Source: an uncultured Ardenticatenia bacterium
Lineage (GTDB): Bacteria > Chloroflexota > Anaerolineae > 4572-78 > NAK82
NCBI GenBank assembly: GCA_937127125.1
Contig: CAKZLO010000033.1
Span: 69,217 to 133,216 of the forward strand
Length of the DNA: 64,000 bases
Reading direction: 5' to 3'
A model generated the notes under the pieces. That model was not told where the DNA came from. It did not search any database and saw nothing but the letters and a program-made list of their open reading frames with translations. The translations under genes and the position numbers were made by a program. Every line of letters begins with the position of its first letter. Positions within the stretch are counted from its first letter, which is position 1. Below are positions 26,590 through 35,919 of this stretch, in pieces.

Positions 26590-27228
26590 ATGGCTCTTTC
26601 TGAACGACAGCAACGCATTCTGGAATACATCCAGCAGTTTACTCAGCGCAATGGGTATCCCCCTACCATCCGCCAGATCGGGGAAAAAGTGGGCATCTCT
26701 TCGACTTCGGTGGTGAATTACAATTTGAACGTCCTGCAGCGGGAGGGATACATCACCCGAGATCGTACGGTGTCGCGGGGCATCAAGCTGGTTGCGAACG
26801 CTTCGGCCGCGAGCCTTTGGAATGATCTGGTTGCAGTGCCGTTGCTGGGGGTTATCGTTGCGGGTGAGCCCCTTCCGGTGCCGGGGGAGAGCGTCTCTGG
26901 TGAGACGATCGAGGTGCCACGCAGCTTGCTGCCCGCCTCTCCTCTTGTCAAGGTATACGCACTGCGCGTGCGCGGCGACTCGATGATCGACGCCCTGATC
27001 GATGAGGACGATGTGGTGCTGATGCAGTACCAGGAGACAGCTGAAAACGGCGATATGGTGGCTGCGTGGTTGATCAATGAAAAAGCTACCACGCTTAAAC
27101 GCTTCTACCACGAGGGAGATCGTATCCGACTGCAACCCGAAAATCGTCAAATGGCGCCCATCTATGTGGATCCATCCAACCTGTTGATCCAAGGGAAAGT
27201 AGTCGCGGTGGTGCGCAAGATAATATGA
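26590..27228 (+). CDS. lexA: LexA repressor
   Basis: SD GGAAGGAG. N-terminal wHTH LSERQQRILEYIQQFTQRNGYPPTIRQIG. C-terminal S24 peptidase with RVRGDSM (Ser) and TTLKRF (Lys). Confidence 0.9.
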   Translation: MALSERQQRILEYIQQFTQRNGYPPTIRQIGEKVGISSTSVVNYNLNVLQREGYITRDRTVSRGIKLVANASAASLWNDLVAVPLLGVIVAGEPLPVPGESVSGETIEVPRSLLPASPLVKVYALRVRGDSMIDALIDEDDVVLMQYQETAENGDMVAAWLINEKATTLKRFYHEGDRIRLQPENRQMAPIYVDPSNLLIQGKVVAVVRKII

Positions 27229-27595
27229 GGTCCTATCCTCTGCTTCTGCCGGCAATCTTGTGCACCTGTGGAGGCTTAGCCTCGAGACGACGGTAGTCCG
27301 CGCAGGGATGTGGTTTGCCCTGCTCCGCGGTTAGTCGAAGTGGAAGGGCCATTGCCCCAGCTTCTCTCGAAATTGACCTCGGCTCGATTCGCTTGTCTGG
27401 TTCATTGATCGTTGCAGGCCTTCCCTGAGAAGTGTCAAGTCAGTTTATCCACGTTGTGAAATGGTGTGCGGGACCTAATACGTCCGACGGGTTAGTATCG
27501 CGTTCTGGGTTGACGTGGGCCATCTTTCGCCTGTCGGGCTTCCTCCCATTTTTCCCTCGGTAAGAACTTCTTAGAAATTTGCTTTCAGATAGCCA

Positions 27596-27623
27596 TTGAC
27601 AAAGCACACGAAAGTGGTATAAT
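27596..27623 (+). promoter_or_regulatory. trp operon promoter (extended -10)
   Basis: TTGACA (27596-27601), 16-nt spacer, TGgTATAAT (27615-27623). Confidence 0.6.
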
Positions 27624-27639
27624 GTAACCAAATCGCATA

Positions 27640-28009
27640 ACGCAAAAGACTGCGAACGGGAAGAGTACCCAACGGGAAGCTGTTCAGAGAGCTGGCGGAA
27701 GGTGTGAGGCCGGTACAGATAGCGTTGGGGAATGGGCCCGGGAGTTGCGCTCCGAACATGACTTTGGTCATTAGTAGGCGGCGCCGGGGACTCCGCCGTT
27801 AGCTGGGAGCCGGGTATTGACGTCATCTTTCAGAGCTGGAGATGGCAGCGTACCTGTGAGTGAGGCCAGCCAGATGACCAGTCTGATTTTGGCCTTCTTC
27901 GCGCAAGCAGACTGAAAGCGTTGGCCTAAGCGGGGTGGCACCGCGGGAGAGGTTGAGAAAAGCCCTCTCGTCCCTGAGTTTTTACAGGACGAGTGGGCTT
28001 TTTTGTTTT
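27640..28009 (+). promoter_or_regulatory. T-box riboswitch leader with Trp (UGG) specifier
   Basis: The specifier loop has AGTA (27664-27667) opposite GAA-TGG-G (27730-27736). It is flanked by helices CCCAAC/GTTGGG and CGGG/CCCG. AG bulge AGAGAG; distal loop GGTGTGA. T-box core GGGTGGCACCGCGGGA (27933-27948). A terminator follows. Confidence 0.8.
27961..28009 (+). terminator. Intrinsic terminator of the T-box leader
   Basis: ~14-bp stem (AGCCC/GGGCT, CTCGTCC/GGACGAG, TG/CA), 8-nt loop, then TTTTTTGTTTT. The 5' arm can alternatively pair with GGAGAGG of the T-box (antiterminator). Confidence 0.75.
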
Positions 28010-28044
28010 CAGTAACGGGAATGGCGAGCAATGGGAGGTGTGTG

Positions 28045-29595
28045 ATGTATCAACCTACACTGGCACGGGTGGAACGACTGTCAGATCAAGGCAATCTTGT
28101 GCCTATCTTCTTGGAATTGCCAGCCGATATGGAGACGCCAGTGAGCGTCTATCTCAAGTTGCAGGATGAAGGTCCCAGTTTCCTGCTGGAGTCCATCACA
28201 GGTGGCGAGCAGGTTGCACGTTACTCCTTCATTGGTGTGCGTCCACGCGCGTTGTTGAGTGTGCGGGGTGATCGGGTGTTGATGCGCGAGAACGGCCACG
28301 AACGCATCAATGCCTTGGGTGAACACGATGCCTTGAGCGCGCTCAAGGCCGCGATGGCCGATGTAGATTTCGTGCCTCTGCCGGGATTGCCGCGTTTTAG
28401 TGGTGGAGCGGTGGGTTTTCTCGCTTACGATGCCGTGCGAGGTTTTGAGCGACTGCCCAACACAGCGATTGATGATCTGGGTTTACCTGAAGCCGCTTTC
28501 ATGCTGGCTGATACCCTGATTGCTTTCGACCATGCGCGTCAGCGTCTGCTGGTTATTTCGTTGGCGCGCCTGGACGGCGACACACGGGCTGCATACCAGA
28601 GAGCTACCGCACGCATTGACGAGGTCGTAGCGCGTCTCAATGCGCCCATTCCTGTGAGAAGCTTCTCATCGCCCTCAGCGGCCGCGATTTCATCAGATAG
28701 CCAGTTGGTGTCCAATCGTTCGCAATCTGAGTTCGAGGCGATGGTGCTTCGGGCTAAGGAGTACATTGCTGCCGGAGACATCTTCCAGGTCGTTCTTTCC
28801 CAGCGGCTTGCTGTGCGCAGCGAGGTCCATCCTTTCACCATCTACCGGGTGTTACGCCGCCTCAATCCATCCCCTTATATGGTGTTTATGCGCTTCCCGG
28901 GTGGGTTGGCGACGCCACCGTTGCACATCATCGCTGCCAGTCCTGAGATGCATGTTCGTCTTGAGGGACGCGTCGCCGAGTTGCGACCCATTGCAGGTAC
29001 ACGTCCACGTGGGCTGACCGATCAGGAGGACGCCGAGATAGCCGCGGAGTTGCTGGCCGACGAGAAGGAACGCGCTGAACACGTCATGTTGGTGGACCTG
29101 GCGCGTAACGATCTGGGCCGTGTGTGCGAGTACGGCAGCGTGCACGTCGAGGAGATGATGACCATCGAGCGCTACTCGCATGTGATGCACATCGTTTCTG
29201 ATGTGCGCGGTCAACTGCGAGAGGGAAAGGATGCGTTTGATCTGTTGCGGGCCACCTTCCCCGCTGGTACGGTCAGTGGCGCGCCCAAAGTGCGCGCGAT
29301 GGAGATTATCGAGGAGCTGGAGCAGGTGCGGCGTGGAATCTATGCCGGTGTGATCGGCTACATCGGCTATGACGGGCGGATGGATTCCTGCATCGCTATC
29401 CGCACCATCGTTATGCAGGGTGACACTGCCTATATCCAGGCGGGCGCCGGCATTGTAGCCGACAGCGAGCCGGCGCGTGAGTATCAGGAGACGCTCAACA
29501 AGGCGCGCGCGCTGGCCGAGGCGATCCATATCGCTTCATCGGGTGGATCTATTGAGCCTAAGTTCGAGGTATGGAAGCAACAGCTGAGTATCTGA
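28045..29595 (+). CDS. trpE: Anthranilate synthase component I
   Basis: Trimmed to ATG 28045 (SD GGGAGGTG), downstream of the leader terminator. LESITGGEQVARYSFIG, and GTVSGAPKVRAMEII...RGIYAGVIGY. Confidence 0.9.
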   Translation: MYQPTLARVERLSDQGNLVPIFLELPADMETPVSVYLKLQDEGPSFLLESITGGEQVARYSFIGVRPRALLSVRGDRVLMRENGHERINALGEHDALSALKAAMADVDFVPLPGLPRFSGGAVGFLAYDAVRGFERLPNTAIDDLGLPEAAFMLADTLIAFDHARQRLLVISLARLDGDTRAAYQRATARIDEVVARLNAPIPVRSFSSPSAAAISSDSQLVSNRSQSEFEAMVLRAKEYIAAGDIFQVVLSQRLAVRSEVHPFTIYRVLRRLNPSPYMVFMRFPGGLATPPLHIIAASPEMHVRLEGRVAELRPIAGTRPRGLTDQEDAEIAAELLADEKERAEHVMLVDLARNDLGRVCEYGSVHVEEMMTIERYSHVMHIVSDVRGQLREGKDAFDLLRATFPAGTVSGAPKVRAMEIIEELEQVRRGIYAGVIGYIGYDGRMDSCIAIRTIVMQGDTAYIQAGAGIVADSEPAREYQETLNKARALAEAIHIASSGGSIEPKFEVWKQQLSI

Positions 29596-29667
29596 AAGAA
29601 TTCGTGCGACGGATAGCGCAAATAGGATTATGGGAATCTTCGATTACTGAGGCAAGAGGAGGACGAA

Positions 29668-31305
29668 ATGATCCTGGTTATTGACAACTACGATAGCTTT
29701 ACCTACAACTTGGCCCAGTACTTGGGTGAACTGGGTGCCTCTGTGCATGTAGCGCGCAACGATGCTATCACTCTGGAAGACATCGCTGCGCTGAGACCCA
29801 GTCATATTGTTATCTCGCCTGGGCCGGGCACTCCGGAGCAAGCAGGTATCTCAGTGGATGTCATCAAACGGTTTGCCGCTGAGATCCCGATATTGGGTGT
29901 TTGTCTCGGTCACCAGGCAATCGGTTTCGCCTTTGGTGGGCAGGTGGTGCGTGCGGAACGGCTGATGCATGGCAAGGTATCCCTTATCCACCACGATGGC
30001 AAGGGCATCTTTGCTGGGCTGCCTTCCCCCTTCAGTGCGACACGTTATCACTCGCTCATACTGAGCGAGCCGCTGCCGGATTGCCTGGAGGTGTGTGCAC
30101 GTACTGCCGAGGGAGAGATTATGGCTGTGCGTCATCGTTCTTATCCTGTTGTGGGAGTGCAGTTTCACCCTGAATCGATTCTGACCGAGCATGGGCATTA
30201 TCTGCTACGCAGCTTCCTGGAAATCAGCTCGGCGGAGCGGGCGGCGCCGAGCAGTACCCTTGTGCAACCCCTTACGCAGGCGACCACCATTCGGGAAGCC
30301 ATCGCGGCGTTGCTGGATGGACGCTCTCTGAGCGAGGAAGAGGCTCAGTCGGTTATGACCCAGATTATGCAGGGGCAGGCTACCCCGGCTCAGATTGGTG
30401 CCTTCCTGACCGCTATGCGTATCAAAGGCGAAACGGTGGCTGAGCTAACAGGTTGTGCGCGTGCCATGCGCTACAGTGCTATTCATGTGCGTCCACGGCG
30501 TCAGGACATCCTGGTTGACACGTGTGGCACGGGTGGCGATGGATCGGGCACGTTCAACATCAGCACTGCCGCTGCATTCGTGGTAGCTGGAGCCGGTCAG
30601 CCGGTGGCCAAGCATGGCAACCGCTCCATTTCCAGTCGCAGTGGGTCGGCTGATGTTATGGAAGCACTGGGAGTGCAATTGGACCTCACCGCGGAGCAGC
30701 TTGCTGCGTGCATTGACGAGGTGGGCATCGGCTTCCTGTTTGCTCCTTTGCTCCATCCGGCGATGAAGCATGCGATTGGCCCGCGTCGCGAGCTGGGTGT
30801 GCGCACTATTTTCAACGTGCTCGGACCCTTGACAAACCCGGCAGGTGCCGCCGTCCAGGTGCTGGGTGTGTATACAGCAGCTCTCACCGAGATGTTGGCC
30901 CAGGTTTTGGCCTCGCTGGGTTGTCGTGCTGCCTTTGTTGTGCATGGGGCAAGTGGAATGGACGAGTTGACCACCTGTGGACCCAATCGCGTCAGTGCAT
31001 TGCGGGATGGACACATTGAGACCTACACGCTCGACCCAACAGAGCTGGGTTTTGCAGTGGCTTCCCCTGACGATCTGCGTGGGGGAGACGCCCAGGAAAA
31101 CGCTGCCATCATACGGGGTATTCTCTCTGGTACACTGCATGGCCCGCCACGAGACGTAGTGCTGCTCAACGCAGCCGCAGCATTGGTTGCCGCAGGACGG
31201 GTCACCAACTTTGATGAAGGCATCCGGCTGGCCCGGCACAGCATTGACAGTGGCGCTGCCCAGCGTGTGCTGGCGCAGCTGATTGAGTTCACGCACATGG
31301 TCTGA
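29668..31305 (+). CDS. trpGD: Fused anthranilate synthase component II (glutamine amidotransferase) / anthranilate phosphoribosyltransferase
   Basis: SD AGAGGAGGA. N-terminus [15 protein letters not shown]...GVCLGHQ...FHPES (class I GATase). C-terminal part [22 protein letters not shown]...[16 protein letters not shown] (TrpD). Confidence 0.9.
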   Translation: MILVIDNYDSFTYNLAQYLGELGASVHVARNDAITLEDIAALRPSHIVISPGPGTPEQAGISVDVIKRFAAEIPILGVCLGHQAIGFAFGGQVVRAERLMHGKVSLIHHDGKGIFAGLPSPFSATRYHSLILSEPLPDCLEVCARTAEGEIMAVRHRSYPVVGVQFHPESILTEHGHYLLRSFLEISSAERAAPSSTLVQPLTQATTIREAIAALLDGRSLSEEEAQSVMTQIMQGQATPAQIGAFLTAMRIKGETVAELTGCARAMRYSAIHVRPRRQDILVDTCGTGGDGSGTFNISTAAAFVVAGAGQPVAKHGNRSISSRSGSADVMEALGVQLDLTAEQLAACIDEVGIGFLFAPLLHPAMKHAIGPRRELGVRTIFNVLGPLTNPAGAAVQVLGVYTAALTEMLAQVLASLGCRAAFVVHGASGMDELTTCGPNRVSALRDGHIETYTLDPTELGFAVASPDDLRGGDAQENAAIIRGILSGTLHGPPRDVVLLNAAAALVAAGRVTNFDEGIRLARHSIDSGAAQRVLAQLIEFTHMV

Positions 31306-31321
31306 CACAGGGTGGAGGACG

Positions 31322-32215
31322 ATGAGCTCGATATTGGATCAGATCGCCCAGTACAAACGCACCTGTGAGTTGCCAGAGCGTATGCGTCAGGTGCCGCTCT
31401 CGGTCGTTCAGGCGAGGGCAGCGATGGCACCTCTGCCACGTGATCTGACGGCTGCGATACGTAGCCGCTCGCCTGGAGCCTTAATTGCGGAAATCAAACG
31501 CGCTTCCCCCAGTCGTGGTCTGCTGAATCCAAACTTTGATCCTGTGCAACTGGCTGCCCTTTACGCAGCGAATGGGGCGGCTGCTATTAGTGTAGTAACC
31601 GACGCGCGTTTCTTTCAGGGTGATCTGGCATATCTATCTGCGATCCGTGCCCACTTCGACTCTGGGGCACATGGGGAGCTGGACAGAGGCGATCTCTCTT
31701 CAGACGAGACGGACACATCGACGCCACAGGGCGCCCAACACCAATCGGGATCGGCGCAGCCAGTGCCTCTGCTGCGTAAGGATTTTCTCATTCATCCCTA
31801 TCAGGTGTACGAGTCGCGTGCCGCCGGGGCAGATGCCGTGCTGCTCATCGCTGCTCTCCTGGACGATCAGGCACTGGAGGAGATGTTGGCGCTCACCCTG
31901 GAGCTGGGCATGGCCGCTCTGGTCGAAGTACACACAGCTGCTGAGCTAGCCCGTGTGCTCCCCTTGCGGCCACCATTGATCGGGGTCAACAATCGCAACC
32001 TGCACACTTTTAAGGTGAGCCTGGAGACATGCCTGCGTCTGCGGCCGCTGGTTCCGCCCGATATCTGCTACGTGGCCGAAAGCGGCATCCACACTTCGGC
32101 CGATGTTGTTCGTCTGCGTGAAGCCGGCGTGGACGCTATGCTGATTGGCGAAGCGTTAGTTACCGCTTCGGACGTTGCTGCCAAGGTGCAGGAGTTCTGC
32201 CATGCTGCACGTTAA
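31322..32215 (+). CDS. trpC: Indole-3-glycerol phosphate synthase
   Basis: Trimmed to ATG 31322 (SD GGAGGA). LIAEIKRASPSRG, LLRKDFLIHPYQVYESRAAGADAVLLI, IGVNNRNLHTF. Carries a ~35-aa low-complexity insertion. Confidence 0.85.
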   Translation: MSSILDQIAQYKRTCELPERMRQVPLSVVQARAAMAPLPRDLTAAIRSRSPGALIAEIKRASPSRGLLNPNFDPVQLAALYAANGAAAISVVTDARFFQGDLAYLSAIRAHFDSGAHGELDRGDLSSDETDTSTPQGAQHQSGSAQPVPLLRKDFLIHPYQVYESRAAGADAVLLIAALLDDQALEEMLALTLELGMAALVEVHTAAELARVLPLRPPLIGVNNRNLHTFKVSLETCLRLRPLVPPDICYVAESGIHTSADVVRLREAGVDAMLIGEALVTASDVAAKVQEFCHAAR

Positions 32216-32909
32216 GATTTGTGGATTGACAAACTTGCGCGATGCGCTGGCAGCAGCGGAGGCGGGTGCAGATATGCTAGGATTCATTTTCTATCCAGGC
32301 AGCCCTCGATATATCACACCTGCACAAGCGCGCCAGATTGTAACAGCGTTGCATGAGCAGTATCCTGCCGTGCTGACAGTAGGTGTGTTTGTGAACGAGG
32401 CACTCGCAACAGTTTATCAGATACTCGAGCAATGTGACATTCATCTGGCCCAGCTGCACGGCGAAGAGCCTGCGGAGTGGCTTAAGGAAGGTTCTGCACT
32501 TCTTGGGCGCGCGTATAAAGCATTGCGGCCTTGCTCTATGGGAGAAGCAAATCGTCTGGCAGCTGAATATGCCTTGCCCCCTTCGTTAGCAGAGCGAATG
32601 GGCAGTCCCTCCCTGCTGCTGGATGCATATCACGTCACGGCGCGCGGCGGCAGCGGCCGGGTTGCTGATTGGGAGATTGCAGCACAGCTCGCCCGACAGC
32701 ATCGTCTGCTGCTCGCAGGGGGACTCACTCCCACCAATGTGGCGCAGGCCATCGAGCGAGTGCGCCCGTGGGGCGTTGATGTAGCAAGTGGAGTTGAGTC
32801 TGCACCGGGTCGCAAGGACTATGCTGCTATGCGTGCATTCGTCCAAGCGGTCAGGAGCGTTGACCTCCTTGATCCAGATGTTGGCAGTTCTTCTTTGGCA
32901 CCGGGTTAG
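32202..32909 (+). CDS. trpF: Phosphoribosylanthranilate isomerase
   Basis: Trimmed to ATG 32202, which overlaps the trpC 3' end. MLHVKICGLTNLRDALAAAEAGADMLGFIF, and LLAGGLTPTNV. Confidence 0.85.
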   Translation: MLHVKICGLTNLRDALAAAEAGADMLGFIFYPGSPRYITPAQARQIVTALHEQYPAVLTVGVFVNEALATVYQILEQCDIHLAQLHGEEPAEWLKEGSALLGRAYKALRPCSMGEANRLAAEYALPPSLAERMGSPSLLLDAYHVTARGGSGRVADWEIAAQLARQHRLLLAGGLTPTNVAQAIERVRPWGVDVASGVESAPGRKDYAAMRAFVQAVRSVDLLDPDVGSSSLAPG

Positions 32910-33004
32910 CTCGGATCCCGGTCGCATAGTGTTCGGCACAATGGGACGCCCGTCTGTTTTGCTGGGTGACAAGCTCGCAATGCGAACATCGAATGAGGTA
33001 TGGT

Positions 33005-34237
33005 ATGACTACATCAGCTATCTTTGTTAGCGAAACATCCCGGGGACGCTTTGGTCCTTATGGTGGTCAATTTGTCCCCGAGACCTTGATGGCCCCTTTG
33101 CGAGAGCTTGAGCGCGCTTATCTCGATGCTCGTGCTGACCCTGTCTTTGAACGGGAGCTTCAGCACCTTCTGAGCACATATGTGGGGAGGCCCACACCTT
33201 TAAGCCTTGCAGCAAGGTTGACCGCCCACCTGGGTGGTGCGCGCATTTATCTCAAGCGCGAGGACCTGGCTCACTCCGGTGCACACAAGATCAACAACAC
33301 GATTGGTCAAGCCCTGCTTGCCCGGCGTATGGGCAAACAGCGCGTGGTCGCCGAGACCGGCGCAGGCCAGCATGGCGTCGCCACTGCGACGGCGTGTGCC
33401 TTACTGGGCTTACAGTGTCTGGTCTACATGGGGAGCGTCGATATGGAGCGTCAGTGTCCCAATGTCTATCGTATGCAGCTGCTTGGAGCAGAGGTGCGCG
33501 CTGTGAACAGTGGCAGCTGCACATTGAAAGATGCCATCAATGAGGCGATTCGCGATTGGGTGACTAATGTCGGGGATACCTACTATTTGCTCGGCTCAGC
33601 GCTTGGTCCGCATCCTTACCCCACCATTGTGCGCGATTTTCAATGCGTTATTGGGCGGGAGACGCGTGCGCAGATCCTTTCAGCTGAAGGTCGATTGCCC
33701 GACTTGCTCATTGCCTGTGTCGGTGGTGGATCGAATGCTATCGGCCTGTTCCATCCGTTTCTCGAAGACCCCGGCGTGCATATGGTGGGGGTCGAGGCGG
33801 GAGGGGAAGGCATTGCAAGTGGCCGGCACGCAGCGCGTTTCGCCGATCCCCAGCGTGGTCGTACTGGTGTGTTGCATGGGACATACTCTTTTGTGTTGCA
33901 AACGCCCGACGGCCAGATTATGGAGACTCACTCCATCAGTGCCGGTCTGGATTACCCGGCGGTGGGGCCGGAGCATGCGCTGTTGCGCCAGCAGGGACGG
34001 GTCGAGTACACCTATGCGACGGACGAGGAGGCATTGGCTGCCTTTCACCTGCTGGCACAGCTGGAAGGGATTATCCCAGCTCTCGAATCGGCGCATGCAG
34101 TGGCCGAGGCGGTCAAGCGCGCACCGTTGTTGGGACGCGATGCGTTGATCGTGGTCAACCTGTCTGGCCGCGGCGACAAGGATCTCGACACAGTAATGAA
34201 GAGAACCTGTTCTCAACAGGTTGAAATGGAGAGGTGA
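33005..34237 (+). CDS. trpB: Tryptophan synthase beta chain
   Basis: Trimmed to ATG 33005. [29 protein letters not shown] (PLP Lys), [10 protein letters not shown]. Confidence 0.92.
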   Translation: MTTSAIFVSETSRGRFGPYGGQFVPETLMAPLRELERAYLDARADPVFERELQHLLSTYVGRPTPLSLAARLTAHLGGARIYLKREDLAHSGAHKINNTIGQALLARRMGKQRVVAETGAGQHGVATATACALLGLQCLVYMGSVDMERQCPNVYRMQLLGAEVRAVNSGSCTLKDAINEAIRDWVTNVGDTYYLLGSALGPHPYPTIVRDFQCVIGRETRAQILSAEGRLPDLLIACVGGGSNAIGLFHPFLEDPGVHMVGVEAGGEGIASGRHAARFADPQRGRTGVLHGTYSFVLQTPDGQIMETHSISAGLDYPAVGPEHALLRQQGRVEYTYATDEEALAAFHLLAQLEGIIPALESAHAVAEAVKRAPLLGRDALIVVNLSGRGDKDLDTVMKRTCSQQVEMER

Positions 34238-34241
34238 TCCA

Positions 34242-35036
34242 ATGGGACTGGCTCATATCGCGGCTGTCTTTCGCAATGGTCGTACCGCTTTTATGCCCTA
34301 CGTTATGACAGGATATCCTGATCTGGCAACCTTCCGAAGGGTGATTGAGCATCTGGTGATCAGTGGAGCTGATCTGATTGAGATGGGCGTTCCGTTTTCG
34401 GATCCACTAGCTGACGGTCCGGTAATCCAGGCAGCTGCCCAGCGCGCGTTAGAGAATGGCATCACCCTGGCTGACTGCATTACAAGCGTGGCAGATCTGC
34501 GTGCCAGAGGACTGCACACGCCTATTGCATTGATGAGCTATGTCAACCCGATTCTGGCGTACGGCGTGGCTCGCTTCGTGGAGGACAGCGCTGCGGCGGG
34601 CGTGGATGGTTTTATTGTACCTGACCTACCTCCTGAGGAAGCGGACGAACTGGAAGCAGCCTGTCGGCAACATGATCTGGCAATGGTGTATCTTCTGGCA
34701 CCCAATAGTCCACCCGAACGCATCGCCCTGATTACGGCGCGTTCGCGAGGATTTGTTTATTTGGTATCCCTGACTGGTGTGACTGGAGCACGTGACGCGC
34801 TTCCGCCGCAGCTGCCGCAATTTGTAGCGCGGGTGCGTGCCGCAACGCGCAAACCGCTGGCAGTGGGTTTCGGTGTCAAATCAGGTGAACAGGCCCGTGC
34901 GGTAGCTTCCCTGGCCGACGGGGTCATCGTGGGCAGCGCTTTGGTCGAGCTAGCCGGGCGCTCGCTGGAGCAGATGACACAGCTGGCCCGTGAGATCAGC
35001 GCTGCGGTGCACGCTGGAGAATCGCCGTTGCCATAA
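34242..35036 (+). CDS. trpA: Tryptophan synthase alpha chain
   Basis: Trimmed to ATG 34242 (SD GGAGAGG). [40 protein letters not shown]. Confidence 0.9.
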   Translation: MGLAHIAAVFRNGRTAFMPYVMTGYPDLATFRRVIEHLVISGADLIEMGVPFSDPLADGPVIQAAAQRALENGITLADCITSVADLRARGLHTPIALMSYVNPILAYGVARFVEDSAAAGVDGFIVPDLPPEEADELEAACRQHDLAMVYLLAPNSPPERIALITARSRGFVYLVSLTGVTGARDALPPQLPQFVARVRAATRKPLAVGFGVKSGEQARAVASLADGVIVGSALVELAGRSLEQMTQLAREISAAVHAGESPLP

Positions 35037-35217
35037 ACATCCCAAACAGTGGGAACCGGGCCCCAGTGGTATCCTCGCAATCGTAGTTGTCAGGCCCCAT
35101 TGTCAAAAATCTCTTGCATGTATTCCTCTGCATCCCTTGCCTGGCCGCCCCCCGACTTTCCTGTTATCCGTGTGAGGACTAGAATCGCCATGATTGAACT
35201 TGTGACGGAAAAGTGCA

Positions 35218-35919
35218 ATGAGCAAACATATTTTGCTAGTTGATGATGACGTGCTCTTGCGTCGCAGCCTGGCTTTTAATCTGTCCCAAACCGATTATCG
35301 TGTGAGCACGGCTGCCACAGCTGAAGAGGCGATAGAGATTGCCCGTCACAGCCGGCCTGATCTGGTGTTGCTTGACATCGCTCTGCCAGGTATGGACGGT
35401 CTGGAGGCATTGCGACGCTTCCGCGAAGAGTGGCATGTGCCAGTGATATTGCTTACTGCGCGCAGGCGTGAGCTCGACCAGGTGGTCGGGCTAGAACTAG
35501 GCGCGGATGATTACGTCACCAAACCATTTCACTTAGACGTGTTGCTGGCGCGCATAAAGGCAGTGTTGCGCCGCTCGGTTGTGCCGGCACCCTCACCGAC
35601 AAAACTTACGCCTTTGACGGTCGGCGACCTCGTTATTGATCCACCAGCACATATTGTCTCAGTGGCTGGTAAAAAGGTGGACCTTTCTCCACGTGAGTTT
35701 GATCTGTTGTACACATTGGCCTTAGACGCTGGACGTGTCATTTCGACTGAGGATCTGTTGGAGCGCGTCTGGGGCGCCGAATATGTCGGCGAGCCACAGG
35801 TGCTGTATGTTCATATCCGCTGGCTCCGTGAGAAGATCGAGGCAAATCCTGATCAGCCCAGCCGTATTCTCACCGTACGGGGCATTGGCTACAAGTTAGA
35901 GCCACATAGGGCTGGATGA
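35218..35919 (+). CDS. OmpR-family response regulator
   Basis: Receiver ILLVDDD...DLVLLDIALPGMDG...VTKPF. C-terminal winged helix LSPREFDLLYTLA...RGIGYKL. Confidence 0.88.
   Translation: MSKHILLVDDDVLLRRSLAFNLSQTDYRVSTAATAEEAIEIARHSRPDLVLLDIALPGMDGLEALRRFREEWHVPVILLTARRRELDQVVGLELGADDYVTKPFHLDVLLARIKAVLRRSVVPAPSPTKLTPLTVGDLVIDPPAHIVSVAGKKVDLSPREFDLLYTLALDAGRVISTEDLLERVWGAEYVGEPQVLYVHIRWLREKIEANPDQPSRILTVRGIGYKLEPHRAG

Noticed and set aside
26101-27255. 384-aa ORF on the - strand overlapping the LysM gene 5' part, the lexA promoter and lexA
   Set aside because: It would run antisense through lexA and its promoter/SOS box. The composition is His/Arg/Cys-rich, and both overlapped genes have strong motif support.
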